Source: an uncultured Gemmatimonadaceae bacterium (GTDB taxonomy: Bacteria > Gemmatimonadota > Gemmatimonadetes > Longimicrobiales > Gaopeijiaceae). From it: DNA of 64,000 nucleotides. Below the pieces are notes generated by a model that worked only from the letters and a program-made list of their open reading frames with translations, searched no databases and had not been told where the DNA came from. The stretch is from the NCBI GenBank assembly GCA_964519125.1, contig CAZFIS010000001.1, positions 3,825 through 67,824 on the forward strand, given 5' to 3'. Below, piece after piece: positions 19,229-29,100 of the stretch (within the stretch, counting starts at the first letter, position 1; each line of letters starts with the position of its first letter). A program made the position numbers and the translations under genes.

Positions 19229-20089
19229 ATGAACGAGCCAATCCCTCCCCAGTTCTCGAACATCGACGCCTGGGGCGTCACCCACCGCGGCAGCGTGCGG
19301 CGCGAGAACCAGGATCACTTCTTCCTGGGCGCGTTGGCCCGGGGCGTGACGGTGGACTGCTCGAGCACCGAGGGTGAGGGGAGGAGCGTAATCCACGCTC
19401 AGCGGATGGCCTCGCTCGCCATCGTGGCCGACGGCGTGGGCGGCTCGGCGGGTGGGGAGCAGGCGGCCCGCCGTGCCGTCGAGGATCTCCTCGCGTCCGT
19501 GTCGAAGTCCTTCCACGACGCCTGGTGCGCCGAGTCGCAGGACCCTGAGGCTTTCACCCACCTTCTCCACGACGCGGCGCTCGCGGTGCACGAGAGCCTG
19601 CTGGAGGAGGCAGGGCGGGAGGGCGGAGGGCGCCACTTCGCGACCACGCTGACCCTCTTCCTCGGACTCTGGCCACACGCCTACCTGCTCCAGGTCGGAG
19701 ACTCACGGTGCTACATCTACCGCGACGGTGTGCTGACGCAGATCACCCGGGATCAGACGATGGCGCAGGATCTCGTCGACGGCGGGGTCTTGACGAGGAC
19801 CGCCGCCGGGAAGACCCGGTGGGCACACGTGCTGTCGAGCGCGATCGGGGGGGAACAGGCAGCGCCGGTGGTCACGCGTGTCGTGAGGGATTGGGGCACG
19901 GTCGTGCTCCTGTGCAGCGACGGGCTCACCAAGCACGTGTCCGACGAGCTCATCGCCGAGCGGCTCGCGTCGATGACGAGCGCGCGCCAGGTCGTCGAGC
20001 AACTCCTTCAGGACGCGCTCGACAACGGCGGTACCGACAACGTGACGCTCATCGTGGGGCGGACGCTCACGCCGGAAGGCGGGGAGTGA
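19229..20089 (+). CDS. PP2C-family serine/threonine protein phosphatase
   Basis: Track ORF 18950-20089 is trimmed to the ATG at 19229 (MNEPIPPQF...). PP2C motifs are present: GVTHRGSVRRENQDHF, IVADGVGG, LLCSDGLT and GGTDNVTLIV. Confidence 0.85.
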   Translation: MNEPIPPQFSNIDAWGVTHRGSVRRENQDHFFLGALARGVTVDCSSTEGEGRSVIHAQRMASLAIVADGVGGSAGGEQAARRAVEDLLASVSKSFHDAWCAESQDPEAFTHLLHDAALAVHESLLEEAGREGGGRHFATTLTLFLGLWPHAYLLQVGDSRCYIYRDGVLTQITRDQTMAQDLVDGGVLTRTAAGKTRWAHVLSSAIGGEQAAPVVTRVVRDWGTVVLLCSDGLTKHVSDELIAERLASMTSARQVVEQLLQDALDNGGTDNVTLIVGRTLTPEGGE

Positions 20090-20115
20090 GCGTCCGGCGT
20101 TGCCGCCGGACGCTC
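20088..20115. terminator. GC-rich hairpin between convergent genes (candidate bidirectional terminator)
   Basis: It forms a perfect 12-bp stem, GAGCGTCCGGCG / CGCCGGACGCTC, with loop TTGC. It starts inside the PP2C stop codon and lies 32 nt from the M1 peptidase stop. No U-tract follows. Confidence 0.5.
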
Positions 20116-20146
20116 CACCCCGCACAGCCTGCCCTTCAGCGAAGCG

Positions 20147-22591
20147 TCAACGCATCCGCCGCCGCATCCTGGGCTGCCCCTTGAGCGCCTGCTCGATCAC
20201 GTTCTTCACCTGGACGCGCGTTTCCGTCTTCGCCGCGGCCTCGAGCTTCGCCTTGGCCTCCGGCGTTCCGATGTAGCCGAGCACGCGCGCGGCCGTCTCC
20301 GCGTAGAGCGGGTCGTAGTCGCCGAGCGCCTTCGCGGCGACTTCGATCGTGCGCACCGTGTCACCGCTCATCATGAGGCCCTGGAGTGCGCCCTGGCGGA
20401 GCCGGCGGACCTCGGACGGATCGGTGAACTTCACGAGCGCGTCCACCGCCGCCGGCGAGTGCAACTGCGAGAGGCTCCGCTCCGCCATCGCGCGGATCGC
20501 GACGGGGCGGCTCGGGGTGCTGGCTGTCACCAGCGTGTCCAGCGCTTCACCACCCGCAGCGTGCGCGTAGACGCCGAGCGCGGTCGCACGCACGTCTGAC
20601 GAAGGATCGTTCTCGTACATGTCCAGCGCCGTCGCCACGATCCCCTGCGAGTCCAGGCCCGCCAGCGTCTGCAGCGCCTGGCTGCGGACCGCCGGCGCGG
20701 GATCGCGCAGCGCGGAGCGCACGATGCCGATCCCGACCTCGGTCGAGTCGCGCGTCATCTGGCGGAGTGCCTCGACGCGGATCGGCGGCTCGTGCTCGTT
20801 GAGCACGATGAAGCGGCGCGCGTCGATGGCCGCCGAGTCCTGCGACTCGGCGAGCGCGTGCAGCGCCCAGTTGCGCGCGGACGTGTCGAGATCGTGGCGC
20901 GCCATGTCGGCGAGTTCCTTCGGCGTCTGGTCCGTGTGCACGGTCCCGAGGAGCCAACCGCCCTCGTCGAAGCGGAACGACTGGGGCTCGCTCGGCAGGG
21001 ACATGTCGAACGTCTGGCTCTTCGCCGCCTGGACCATCACGCTGTCCCGCACCACCGAGTCGGCGGTGATGACCCGGATCGTCGTCGGGAACTTGAAGAG
21101 CGGACGGGTCGAATCCGTGGGCTGGACCTGCTTCACGGTCACGTGCAGGATCTTCGAGGCTGGATCCCATCTCCGCGTCACGTCGAGTTGCGGATAGCCG
21201 ATCCCGTACACCCACTGGTTGAAGAACCAGCCGAGGTGGCAGCCGCACGTCTTCTCGAACGCGTCGACGAGGTCCTTCGTCGTCGTGGCCTTGTGGGCGT
21301 TGTCGACCAGGAACCGATGCATCCCGGCCCAGAAGACCTTGTCACCCAGGAGGCGCCGGAGCTGATGCAGGACCTGCGCGCCCTTCTGGTAGACGTGGCC
21401 GCTGAAGAAGAGCCCCATCGGGTTGGTCAGCTCGTTCACGCCCCACACGATCGGGCGCGCCTGTCGACGATCCGCGGCCATACCCTGCTGCTGTTGCTGA
21501 TACCACTCGAGTTGGGCCGCGTCCCACCCGCGGGTCTTCTCGTTCTGGACGGACTCCATGTACGTGGCGAACCCTTCGTTGAGCCAGATGTTGGCCCAGT
21601 TCGCCGTGGTCTCGTAGTCGCCGAACCACTGGTGCGCGAGCTCGTGGGCCACGAGGCTGCGTCCGCCCTGCATCGGGTCCGTGCCGGGTCCCTGGAGCGC
21701 GAAGTCGGTCTGGGTCGTCGCCGATACGTTCTCCATGCCTCCGTACGTGAAGTCGGGGATGGCGGACTGGTCGTACTTGTCCCATGGGAACGGCACATCC
21801 AGGAGACGCGAGTACAGCTCGATCATCGACGGGGTCTCGCCGAAGGCGCGCCACCCGGCATCGACCGTGTCCGGATAGACCCAGTAGTCGACCGGCTTGC
21901 CGCGCCAGTGGTCGTGCAGGATCGTGAACGGGCCCACGACCACCGAGTACAGGTACGTCGACGCCTTTTCCTCCTGCGACCAGTGCCAGACGTTCTCCTT
22001 TCCTCCGTCCACCGGCGTGACCGAGAGGAGCTTCCCGTTCGAGAGCACCTTGTAGGCCGAGTCCGCCGTGACGAGGAATTCCCACGTCGTCTTGTCGTTC
22101 GAGTAGTCGTACGTGGGGATCCAGGCGCGCGTCTCGTCCGCCTCGCCCTGAGACCAGATCACGTGGCGCCTCGGCACGAAGTAGAGCCCGCGCTCGGGGT
22201 GGGTGTGGTAGGCCAGCGTGAAGACGACCGTGTCGCCGGGGGAGGCGCGCTCGCGGAGTCTCACCGTGACGTGCGCGGTGTCGAAGGAGAAATGCAGGCG
22301 ACGGCCCCGTGCGTCGGTCGCGCGGTCGATCGTCATGTCCTCGGCTTCGAGCCGGATCGTGTTGGTGCGCACACGCGGAATCACCGTGGTGGTCACCTTG
22401 CCCGTCACGAGCCGCTTCGCCATGTCGAACTGCACGGCGATCTTCTGGTGCACGAGATCGAAGTTGTGCGCGCCTTGCGGCCACGTGCGCGGCGGGGTGT
22501 AGTGGCCGACGGCGCCTTGGGTCTGCGCGTGGGCCACCGACGGGATCGCGAGGAGGGTGAGGAGGGTGAGGGTTGGCAGCAAACGGTTCAT
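20147..22591 (-). CDS. M1-family aminopeptidase (aminopeptidase N-like) with C-terminal HEAT-like repeats
   Basis: Track ORF 20147-22627 is trimmed to MNRLLPTLTLLTLLAIPSVAHAQ (signal). It has the exopeptidase motif YGGMENVS and the zinc site HELAHQWFGD...WLNEGFATY. The C-terminus carries HEAT-like repeats (RVEALRQM, VRSQALQTLAG, VRATALGV). Confidence 0.85.
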   Translation of the reverse strand: MNRLLPTLTLLTLLAIPSVAHAQTQGAVGHYTPPRTWPQGAHNFDLVHQKIAVQFDMAKRLVTGKVTTTVIPRVRTNTIRLEAEDMTIDRATDARGRRLHFSFDTAHVTVRLRERASPGDTVVFTLAYHTHPERGLYFVPRRHVIWSQGEADETRAWIPTYDYSNDKTTWEFLVTADSAYKVLSNGKLLSVTPVDGGKENVWHWSQEEKASTYLYSVVVGPFTILHDHWRGKPVDYWVYPDTVDAGWRAFGETPSMIELYSRLLDVPFPWDKYDQSAIPDFTYGGMENVSATTQTDFALQGPGTDPMQGGRSLVAHELAHQWFGDYETTANWANIWLNEGFATYMESVQNEKTRGWDAAQLEWYQQQQQGMAADRRQARPIVWGVNELTNPMGLFFSGHVYQKGAQVLHQLRRLLGDKVFWAGMHRFLVDNAHKATTTKDLVDAFEKTCGCHLGWFFNQWVYGIGYPQLDVTRRWDPASKILHVTVKQVQPTDSTRPLFKFPTTIRVITADSVVRDSVMVQAAKSQTFDMSLPSEPQSFRFDEGGWLLGTVHTDQTPKELADMARHDLDTSARNWALHALAESQDSAAIDARRFIVLNEHEPPIRVEALRQMTRDSTEVGIGIVRSALRDPAPAVRSQALQTLAGLDSQGIVATALDMYENDPSSDVRATALGVYAHAAGGEALDTLVTASTPSRPVAIRAMAERSLSQLHSPAAVDALVKFTDPSEVRRLRQGALQGLMMSGDTVRTIEVAAKALGDYDPLYAETAARVLGYIGTPEAKAKLEAAAKTETRVQVKNVIEQALKGQPRMRRRMR

Positions 22592-22755
22592 CGGCTTTTC
22601 GCTCCAGTGACTCGGGTCCAGCAACATAGGACGCGGTATGCGACGACAAGGTTGCGCGTGTGGCCTTGTCCCACGGCCCCGCGCTCATCCATCGTGTTCC
22701 TGACGGCTGTCGTCCCTTCCGGGCGATGGGCCCGGTCGAGCGACGAGCGTAGAGC

Positions 22756-23880
22756 GTGAAAGTACACGGAACCCCTTATCGCAGCATCTTCCTGGACGAG
22801 GACGGTTGGTCGGTCCGAATCGTTGACCAGACCGCGCTTCCCCACGACTTCCGCGTCGCTCGACTCGCGGATGTGGAAGCGGCGGCCCGTGCCATCGCGG
22901 AGATGTGGGTGCGGGGAGCGCCGCTCATCGGGGCCACCGCGGCCTACGGGCTCGCCCTCGGTCTGAGGGTTGATGCGTCCGACGGCGGCTTGCGGCGCGC
23001 GCGCGATCTCCTGTCGAGCACGCGCCCGACGGCGGTGAACCTCCGGTGGGCGCTCGAGCGCGTGAGCGAGGTCGTCGAGCCGCTCCCGGAGAAGGAGCGC
23101 GCCCGGGCGGCATACCGCGTGGCCGGCCGGATCTCGGAGGAGGACGTCGAGTGCAACCGGAGCATCGGCGAGCACGGCCTGGAGCTGATCCGGGAGATCG
23201 CGGCGGGTCGGCCCGGCCACCCGGTCGAGATTCTCACGCACTGCAACGCGGGATGGCTCGCCACCGTCGACCTGGGAACGGCTACCGCACCGGTCTATCT
23301 CGCCCACGACGCGGGCATCGCCGTGCACGTTTGGGTCGACGAGACCCGTCCGCGCAACCAGGGGGCGAGCCTGACCGCCTGGGAGCTCGGCCAGCACGGC
23401 GTGCCCCACACGGTCATCGTCGACAACGCGGGTGGCTACCTCATGCGCAGCGGCCGCGTGGACGTGTGCCTCGTGGGCACGGATCGCACCACGGCGAACG
23501 GCGACGTCGCCAACAAGATCGGGACGTACCTCAAGGCGCTGGCCGCGAGGGACAACGGGGTCCCGTTCTACGTCGCGGCACCGTCGCCGTCGATCGATTG
23601 GACGCTCGACGACGGGGACGAGATCCCGATCGAGGAGCGGGACGGCGGGGAGGTGAGCTGGATCACCGGCCGGACGGAGGACGGCGTCGTCACGTCGGTC
23701 GCGCTGGTGCCGCCCGGATCCCCCGTGTTCAATCCCGCCTTCGACGTGACGCCGGCGAGGCTCGTCACCGGCATCGTCACGGAGCGAGGCGTTGCCCGGG
23801 CCAGCCGAGATGGTCTTCTCGCTCTCTTTCCCGAGCGGGGGACCGACGGTGACGCAGGAAGCCGGGCGGTGACGCGGTGA
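22756..23880 (+). CDS. mtnA: S-methyl-5-thioribose-1-phosphate isomerase
   Basis: 374-aa ORF with a GTG start. MtnA/eIF-2B-like motifs are present: LDQTALPHDF, MWVRGAPLIGATAAYGLAL, THCNAGWLATVD, VGTDRTTANGDVANKIGTY and FDVTPA. Confidence 0.85.
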   Translation: MKVHGTPYRSIFLDEDGWSVRIVDQTALPHDFRVARLADVEAAARAIAEMWVRGAPLIGATAAYGLALGLRVDASDGGLRRARDLLSSTRPTAVNLRWALERVSEVVEPLPEKERARAAYRVAGRISEEDVECNRSIGEHGLELIREIAAGRPGHPVEILTHCNAGWLATVDLGTATAPVYLAHDAGIAVHVWVDETRPRNQGASLTAWELGQHGVPHTVIVDNAGGYLMRSGRVDVCLVGTDRTTANGDVANKIGTYLKALAARDNGVPFYVAAPSPSIDWTLDDGDEIPIEERDGGEVSWITGRTEDGVVTSVALVPPGSPVFNPAFDVTPARLVTGIVTERGVARASRDGLLALFPERGTDGDAGSRAVTR

Positions 23881-24509
23881 GGGCGGAGGCGTCACGCTCG
23901 GCCGTCGTCCTCGCCGCGCGCGAGATGAGCGCCCTCGGGCTCAGCCGCGGCACCTCGGGCAACGTCAGCGCGCGGGTTTCGGAGGGGATGATCGTGACCC
24001 CGTCCGCCGTTCCGTACGCCGAGATGCAGGAAGCCGACATCGTCCTCATGGACCTGGAAGGGCAGGTTCTCAAAGGCGATCGGCAGCCGAGCACGGAATG
24101 GCCGATGCACGCCGCCGTGTACCGGGCGCGGCTGGAGACGGGTGCCGTCGTGCACACCCACGCCACGTTCTGTACGACGCTGGCAACGCTGCGTCGCGAG
24201 ATCCCGCCGTTCCACTACATGGTCGCCGTGGCGGGAGGAGCCTCGATCCGCTGCGCGCCGTACGCCCCGTTCGGGAGCCGGGAACTCGCGATGGGGGCGG
24301 TGGCGGCCCTGAACGGTCGGCGTGCCTGCCTTCTGGCCAACCACGGGATGGTGGCACTCGGGGCGTCGCTGCGGGAGGCCATCGACTTGGCCGGAGAGGT
24401 GGAGACGCTCGCGGAACTCTACTGGCGCGCGCTTCAGGTCGGCGAGCCCGTGCTGCTCCGACCCGAGGAGATGGCCGAGGCGCTCGATCGGTTCAGCGGG
24501 TATCGCTGA
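23877..24509 (+). CDS. mtnB: Class II aldolase/adducin-family protein, likely methylthioribulose-1-phosphate dehydratase
   Basis: Its start overlaps the mtnA stop (GTGA). Class II aldolase motifs are present: GTSGNVSAR, PSTEWPMHAAVY, VVHTHATF and LLANHGMVALG. The function is inferred from the pairing with mtnA. Confidence 0.65.
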   Translation: MRAEASRSAVVLAAREMSALGLSRGTSGNVSARVSEGMIVTPSAVPYAEMQEADIVLMDLEGQVLKGDRQPSTEWPMHAAVYRARLETGAVVHTHATFCTTLATLRREIPPFHYMVAVAGGASIRCAPYAPFGSRELAMGAVAALNGRRACLLANHGMVALGASLREAIDLAGEVETLAELYWRALQVGEPVLLRPEEMAEALDRFSGYR

Positions 24510-24549
24510 GGCTCACCGGCCGTCGGAGACGACGTCGCGCGCGGCCGGC

Positions 24550-26052
24550 TCACATCCAGTCTTCGTCATCCTCGTCCTCGTCGTCGTCGGGGGCCAGATA
24601 CGCCCGGCGGCGCGCGAGCGCAGTCCTGAGGTTCTCCATGAGACTGTCGGAGCCTTCCTTTACCTGTTCTCGCTGTCCCTTCCGCGGGAGTGTGTGTGAC
24701 CGTAGCGTCGAGCGGTCGAACCCCACGACCTCGTATGCGAGCTTGTGCTTCACGTCGTAGGCCAGCCCGATGCCGGCGGACCGCTTCTGCTGTCCCGACA
24801 GGGAGCGGCGCGTGTCGTAGGCCGCCAGGAGCTCATCGAGGAGTTTCAGCCGGGGCGCGATCATACTCTCGAAGGTCTTCACCTTGGCTTCCAGGGCCTT
24901 GACCTTCTCCCCCATCGCCTTGCGGTCCGGCTCGATGTAGCCGCGCAACTCCGCGACATGGGAAGGCTTCACCAGCGCGTCCTCGGAGGCGATCTGCCCG
25001 AAGATCTGGTTGAGGTGCTTCACCACGTCGCTCTCGTCGATGTCCTTCTGGATCTCCTCGATGTCCTTGCGCCATACCTCACACCACCACTTTGCCCGCC
25101 TGAAGTCCTCTCGGAGCTTATTCAGGTCGACGAGCGTGATGGTGGCGGCCTTTTCCAGCCGCTGTGGTCCCTCCTTCATCTGGAGCCGTAGCGTGTCGCC
25201 GTCCTCGATCACGCCCGCTCCCAGGTACTTCTTCCTCAGGTGCGTGATCTCCTGATCGAAGCCGAGCTGCGCCGAGAGGCGGCGGAAGTCCGCCTCCTTG
25301 TTCCGCACGAGATCGGTGAGGCCCGCAAGCAGACCGCCCAACTGATTGAGGATCTTCACACCGCCCTTCACAACGCTGACGAGCGTCTTCGGGTTCGGAG
25401 CGAGGACCATCTTGACGATGGATTTCCCCGTGGACAGTCCTGTCTTCACGACCCGCCACAACCCGCCGGCCGCGAGGATCTTCCGGTCCACGTCCGTCTG
25501 GGCCCCCCGCTGGGTCGCGTCGTCGAAGACGGCGTTGAGCGTCTGGTAGCCGGTGAGATACGGGCCGAAATAGCGATTCTGCGTGGACCAGTCCCCGACC
25601 TTGGCTTTCTTGGTCCGGAACCATGTCTTCATCTTCTTGAAGAAGCTCGAGGTGCGCTCTTCGGCGATCGCCTTGTAGCGCTTCTTCACGTCCTGCAGCG
25701 CGTTCCAGAAGTTCTTGTCCCCGGTGCCGAGCAGCTTGCGGCGGGTCCCCAGGTCCACCGTCTGTGCGAACCTGGAGCCGAGCCTCGAGCGTTCCGACGT
25801 CTGGAAGCAGGCGGCCCACTCACCGCAGAGCTCGACGATCTCGTCGTCGTCCAGCATCTGGAGCCAGGTGAAGTCGAACTGGCCGAACCTCAAGGTGGTG
25901 ATCGGAAGCGTGGAGACCTTCTGCCCGAGGACGAGCTTCTGGACGATCGGATCCAGGGCCCTGAGGTTCCCCTTGTTCGCTCCCGTGAACGGCTTGCTGA
26001 TGAACCGGGAGATGTGCTTCCGCGCACGCTGGGCCTTGCGTGAGAGATCCAT
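24550..26052 (-). CDS. Hypothetical lysine-rich ~500-aa protein with a poly-acidic C-terminus; third gene of the operon divergent from the T6SS
   Basis: Track ORF 24550-26085 is trimmed to the ATG at 26052 (MDLSRKAQRARKHISRF...), with AGGAG 7 nt upstream. No TM segment or signal peptide is visible. It ends ...APDDDEDEDDEDWM. G+C is visibly lower than in neighbouring genes (many AAG/GAA/TTC codons). I recognised no family. Confidence 0.7.
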   Translation of the reverse strand: MDLSRKAQRARKHISRFISKPFTGANKGNLRALDPIVQKLVLGQKVSTLPITTLRFGQFDFTWLQMLDDDEIVELCGEWAACFQTSERSRLGSRFAQTVDLGTRRKLLGTGDKNFWNALQDVKKRYKAIAEERTSSFFKKMKTWFRTKKAKVGDWSTQNRYFGPYLTGYQTLNAVFDDATQRGAQTDVDRKILAAGGLWRVVKTGLSTGKSIVKMVLAPNPKTLVSVVKGGVKILNQLGGLLAGLTDLVRNKEADFRRLSAQLGFDQEITHLRKKYLGAGVIEDGDTLRLQMKEGPQRLEKAATITLVDLNKLREDFRRAKWWCEVWRKDIEEIQKDIDESDVVKHLNQIFGQIASEDALVKPSHVAELRGYIEPDRKAMGEKVKALEAKVKTFESMIAPRLKLLDELLAAYDTRRSLSGQQKRSAGIGLAYDVKHKLAYEVVGFDRSTLRSHTLPRKGQREQVKEGSDSLMENLRTALARRRAYLAPDDDEDEDDEDWM

Positions 26053-26176
26053 GAGGGGCTCCTGACGTGAATGCCCTCCGACCATGCACTCCGCTGGTCG
26101 AAATTCGTTAGGACATACGGTGCGACAGTAGGCCGAGGGCGGGAAGCCGGCAAGCGATCACCCCGCAAGTCGCTCG

Positions 26177-29100
26177 TCAGGCCGGGGGATCACCACTGCT
26201 TCCGGTGTCCTCGATCTTCTCCAGCAGAGACGGTTTCTTGTCGCCTCCACCCTCCTCCGACGCGCCGCGTGGCTCGGCTCCGACGTGTGGCAGAGGGGCG
26301 TCGGTCGTCTGACGCGACGCGTCCTCCTCGGAGATCTCGGGCTCTCGGAGCTCCGGGGGAGGCGATGCCGTCACTGGAGGTTCGGGCAGCTTCGGCCCCG
26401 GGGCAGGGAGTGCCTCTGCAGGCGGCCCGGGCTCTTCCGGCTTCGGCGACGGCGGTCGCGCTTCCGGGGCGTCGGGGGTGGCTTCCCGGGCGGGGGGGCG
26501 CGGGAGCTCAGGCTCCTTCGGGGGTGCGGCGGGCTCGTCGGCAGGGGCTCCCCGATTTCGCGGGACCTTCACGCCGGGTGGGGCCCCCTCGCCCGAAGCC
26601 GTGCCCTTCTTCGGGAGGGTCTCTTCCCGCGGCGCCACGCCTCCGTCCCCGGAAGGAACCTCGTCCGACGGGAGGCCCGGATCGGGCACCGACCGCCCGG
26701 CGGAGCCGGCTCCTGCCGCCGCTGCCGCAGCGCCCGCCGCGGCGAGGCCCCCGGCCTGGTCCGGAGGCCGGGGGCTACCGGCGTCCCGACCGACCGCGCC
26801 GGTACCGGCGGTTGGGGCGGTTGGGGCGGGCGGCGTGGGGGCTTCCTTCGGAGCCATGCCGGAGGCTCTTCCCGTGGTGGCACCTCTTCTCTCCACGGGG
26901 GCGGCTCCCGATTCCTTCCGCCCGGCGGCGGGCTTCTCCGTCCCGCCTGCACCGGCGGGTTCGGTGACGGGTGCCGTGGGCTGCCCGCCGGCCCCTGCCG
27001 CTGTCCCGGTGCCTGCCTGTCCGCCGGCCCGGGCGGCCGTTCCTGCCGCGGGCCCGGCACCCGCTGCAGCGGGTGCGGCGGCCTGTCCCGCTCCTGCCGC
27101 GCCGGCGCCGCCGCCCTGGGCCGGTCCTCCGGCGGAGGCGTCGTCCTTCGAGGCTTCCCCACCCGGGCTCGCTCCCGCTGGCCCGGCTCCCGTGGCGGCG
27201 GCCTCCTTCGCGCCCTTCTTGCCTGCCGGCTTCGCCTTCTCTCGGGCGGACGGCTTGCCGCCGTGCTTCGCGACTTCCGCTTCCACGATGGACTCCGCGC
27301 TCGCCACGTCCGCTCGGGCCGCCTCGGTCTGGGCGTTGGCCACGTCGACGAGCGAGCGGGCTTCCTGGATCATCTTCGTTCCCTGGTCGCGCTTGGCGGT
27401 CGCGTTCCGTTCGGCCTCTTCGGTCTTCGCTCGGACCTCCCCGGAGGCTTTCGAGACCGACTGCTGGAGCGCGTCGGCCTGCGCGCGAGCCGCGGCCACG
27501 GGAGCCGACGCGTCTCTTCCGGCCGCATCAGCCTCGGGGCGCGGACGGGCGATGGAAGCGAGTGCGTCCGCCACCAGAGTGTCCATGCCGTTCCGGGAGT
27601 CGCTCAGGTGCGCCTGAGGCCGCTTCGAGGCCCGCTCGCCTTCCTCGGCGAGCGTCTGTGCGTGCTGGCGCACACCCTGCAGGTCCGTGGTCGCCGCGTC
27701 GATGCCGGCGGCCACTGAAGCTCTCGCCAGGGAGCCCGCGCCGATCGGAGCGGTGGCATCCACGGCGGGTTGGAAGTCGTCGCGCAGTCCGGCTGTGTTC
27801 CGGGAAGCGACGCTGCCCTGCGACTCCAGCTCCTGGCGCGCGCTCCGTGCTTCCGTCTGCCACTGCGTCACCTGCGCGCCGATTCCCTCGGTCGCGGCGG
27901 AGGCTTCCTCCGCGATCGCCTGGGCGCGGCTCGACTGATCGGCGAGCCGCATCATCGCCGCCAGCTCGGGTTCACCGGCGCGAGCCGCCGCGCCCGGCAC
28001 GATGCCGTCGAGGTCGGCTCCGTACCCGGAGAGGGCGTCGTCCGCCGACGCGAGCTGCTCGTCGACCAGGGCCTGACCGCGCTCCACGTAGCTCGTGAGC
28101 TGCTGCTTGGCCGCGTCGACGAGGGCGAACAGGGCATTCGCGGGGCGGCCGGCCTGGGTCCGCAGGTCGGTGATCTGGTTGCGAACGACGCCGACCGAGC
28201 CCGTGAGCTTGTCGCTGCACTGTTGCACCTGGGTCCTCGCGTCCGAGATCCACTGGACGACGGTGGCCTCGTGGCCAGCGATCGCCGCCTGAATCGGCGT
28301 CAGGGCGCGGTCCTTGAGCGTCAGGACCTCGTCGCGGACCTGATCCACCTTCTCGCGCGGCTGCACGGACGCCACGAAATCGTCTCGCGCCGATCGCACG
28401 CCGGTCAGAAGTCGGTCCGGCTGGGCCTTGACCGTGTCCACCGCTCCGTGCATCTGCGTCGACACCTCGCCCATGCGAGCGTCGGCCTGCTCCAGCGCCT
28501 GCCGGACCTTCTCCAGCGCCTGGACGACCGCTGCGATCGCCGTGCGGACCGCTTCCACAACCCGGGCGAGCACGGGCCGGAGCGCCTCCACGCCCAACGC
28601 GGCCTGCTCGAGCAGCTCAGTGGAGGTCGAGCCCGCCGTCTCGACCCCGGCCCGGGCCGTGGCCACGGAGACCTTGATGCCCGGGATGCTGGCCTTCACG
28701 CCCATGAACAGGGCGCGCGCCGCCATCAACGCCGGCGCGCGCCCCATGTACTTCGTGCAGACGGCGATGGCGTTGTCGCACTGCTGGTCGGCCTGGCTCA
28801 ACTCGATGTCCGCCTGGTCCAGGGCGTCCTCGGCCTGCGTCACGAACTGGGGGATGCGGGCCTGCACGTCCCGGATGACGCCGAGGGCTGCGTCGATCTT
28901 CTCCGACACGGGAGTGAAGCGTTCGGGGAGCACGCCGAGCTTCGCTTCCAGGTCGTCGATCTCTCCCGTGAGCTGGGCGAGAAGTCCCTTGAGACCGTCG
29001 ATCGCGGCATCGACGGTGGCGGCGGATTCCTCCAGGCACTGGGTCATCGCGGCGAAGATCTCCTCGAGCTTTCCGATCTCCGCGTCGACTCCGGCGAGGG

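Noticed and set aside
24510-24549. Possible terminator between convergent mtnB and the lysine-rich gene
   Set aside because: There is only a 7-bp imperfect stem (CCGGCCG/CGGCCGG) with a ~19-nt loop, which is too weak to call.
24550-26085. Lower-GC gene as part of a mobile element or genomic island
   Set aside because: No integrase, transposase, tRNA attachment site or flanking direct or inverted repeats are visible in the window. Horizontal origin remains only a compositional suspicion.
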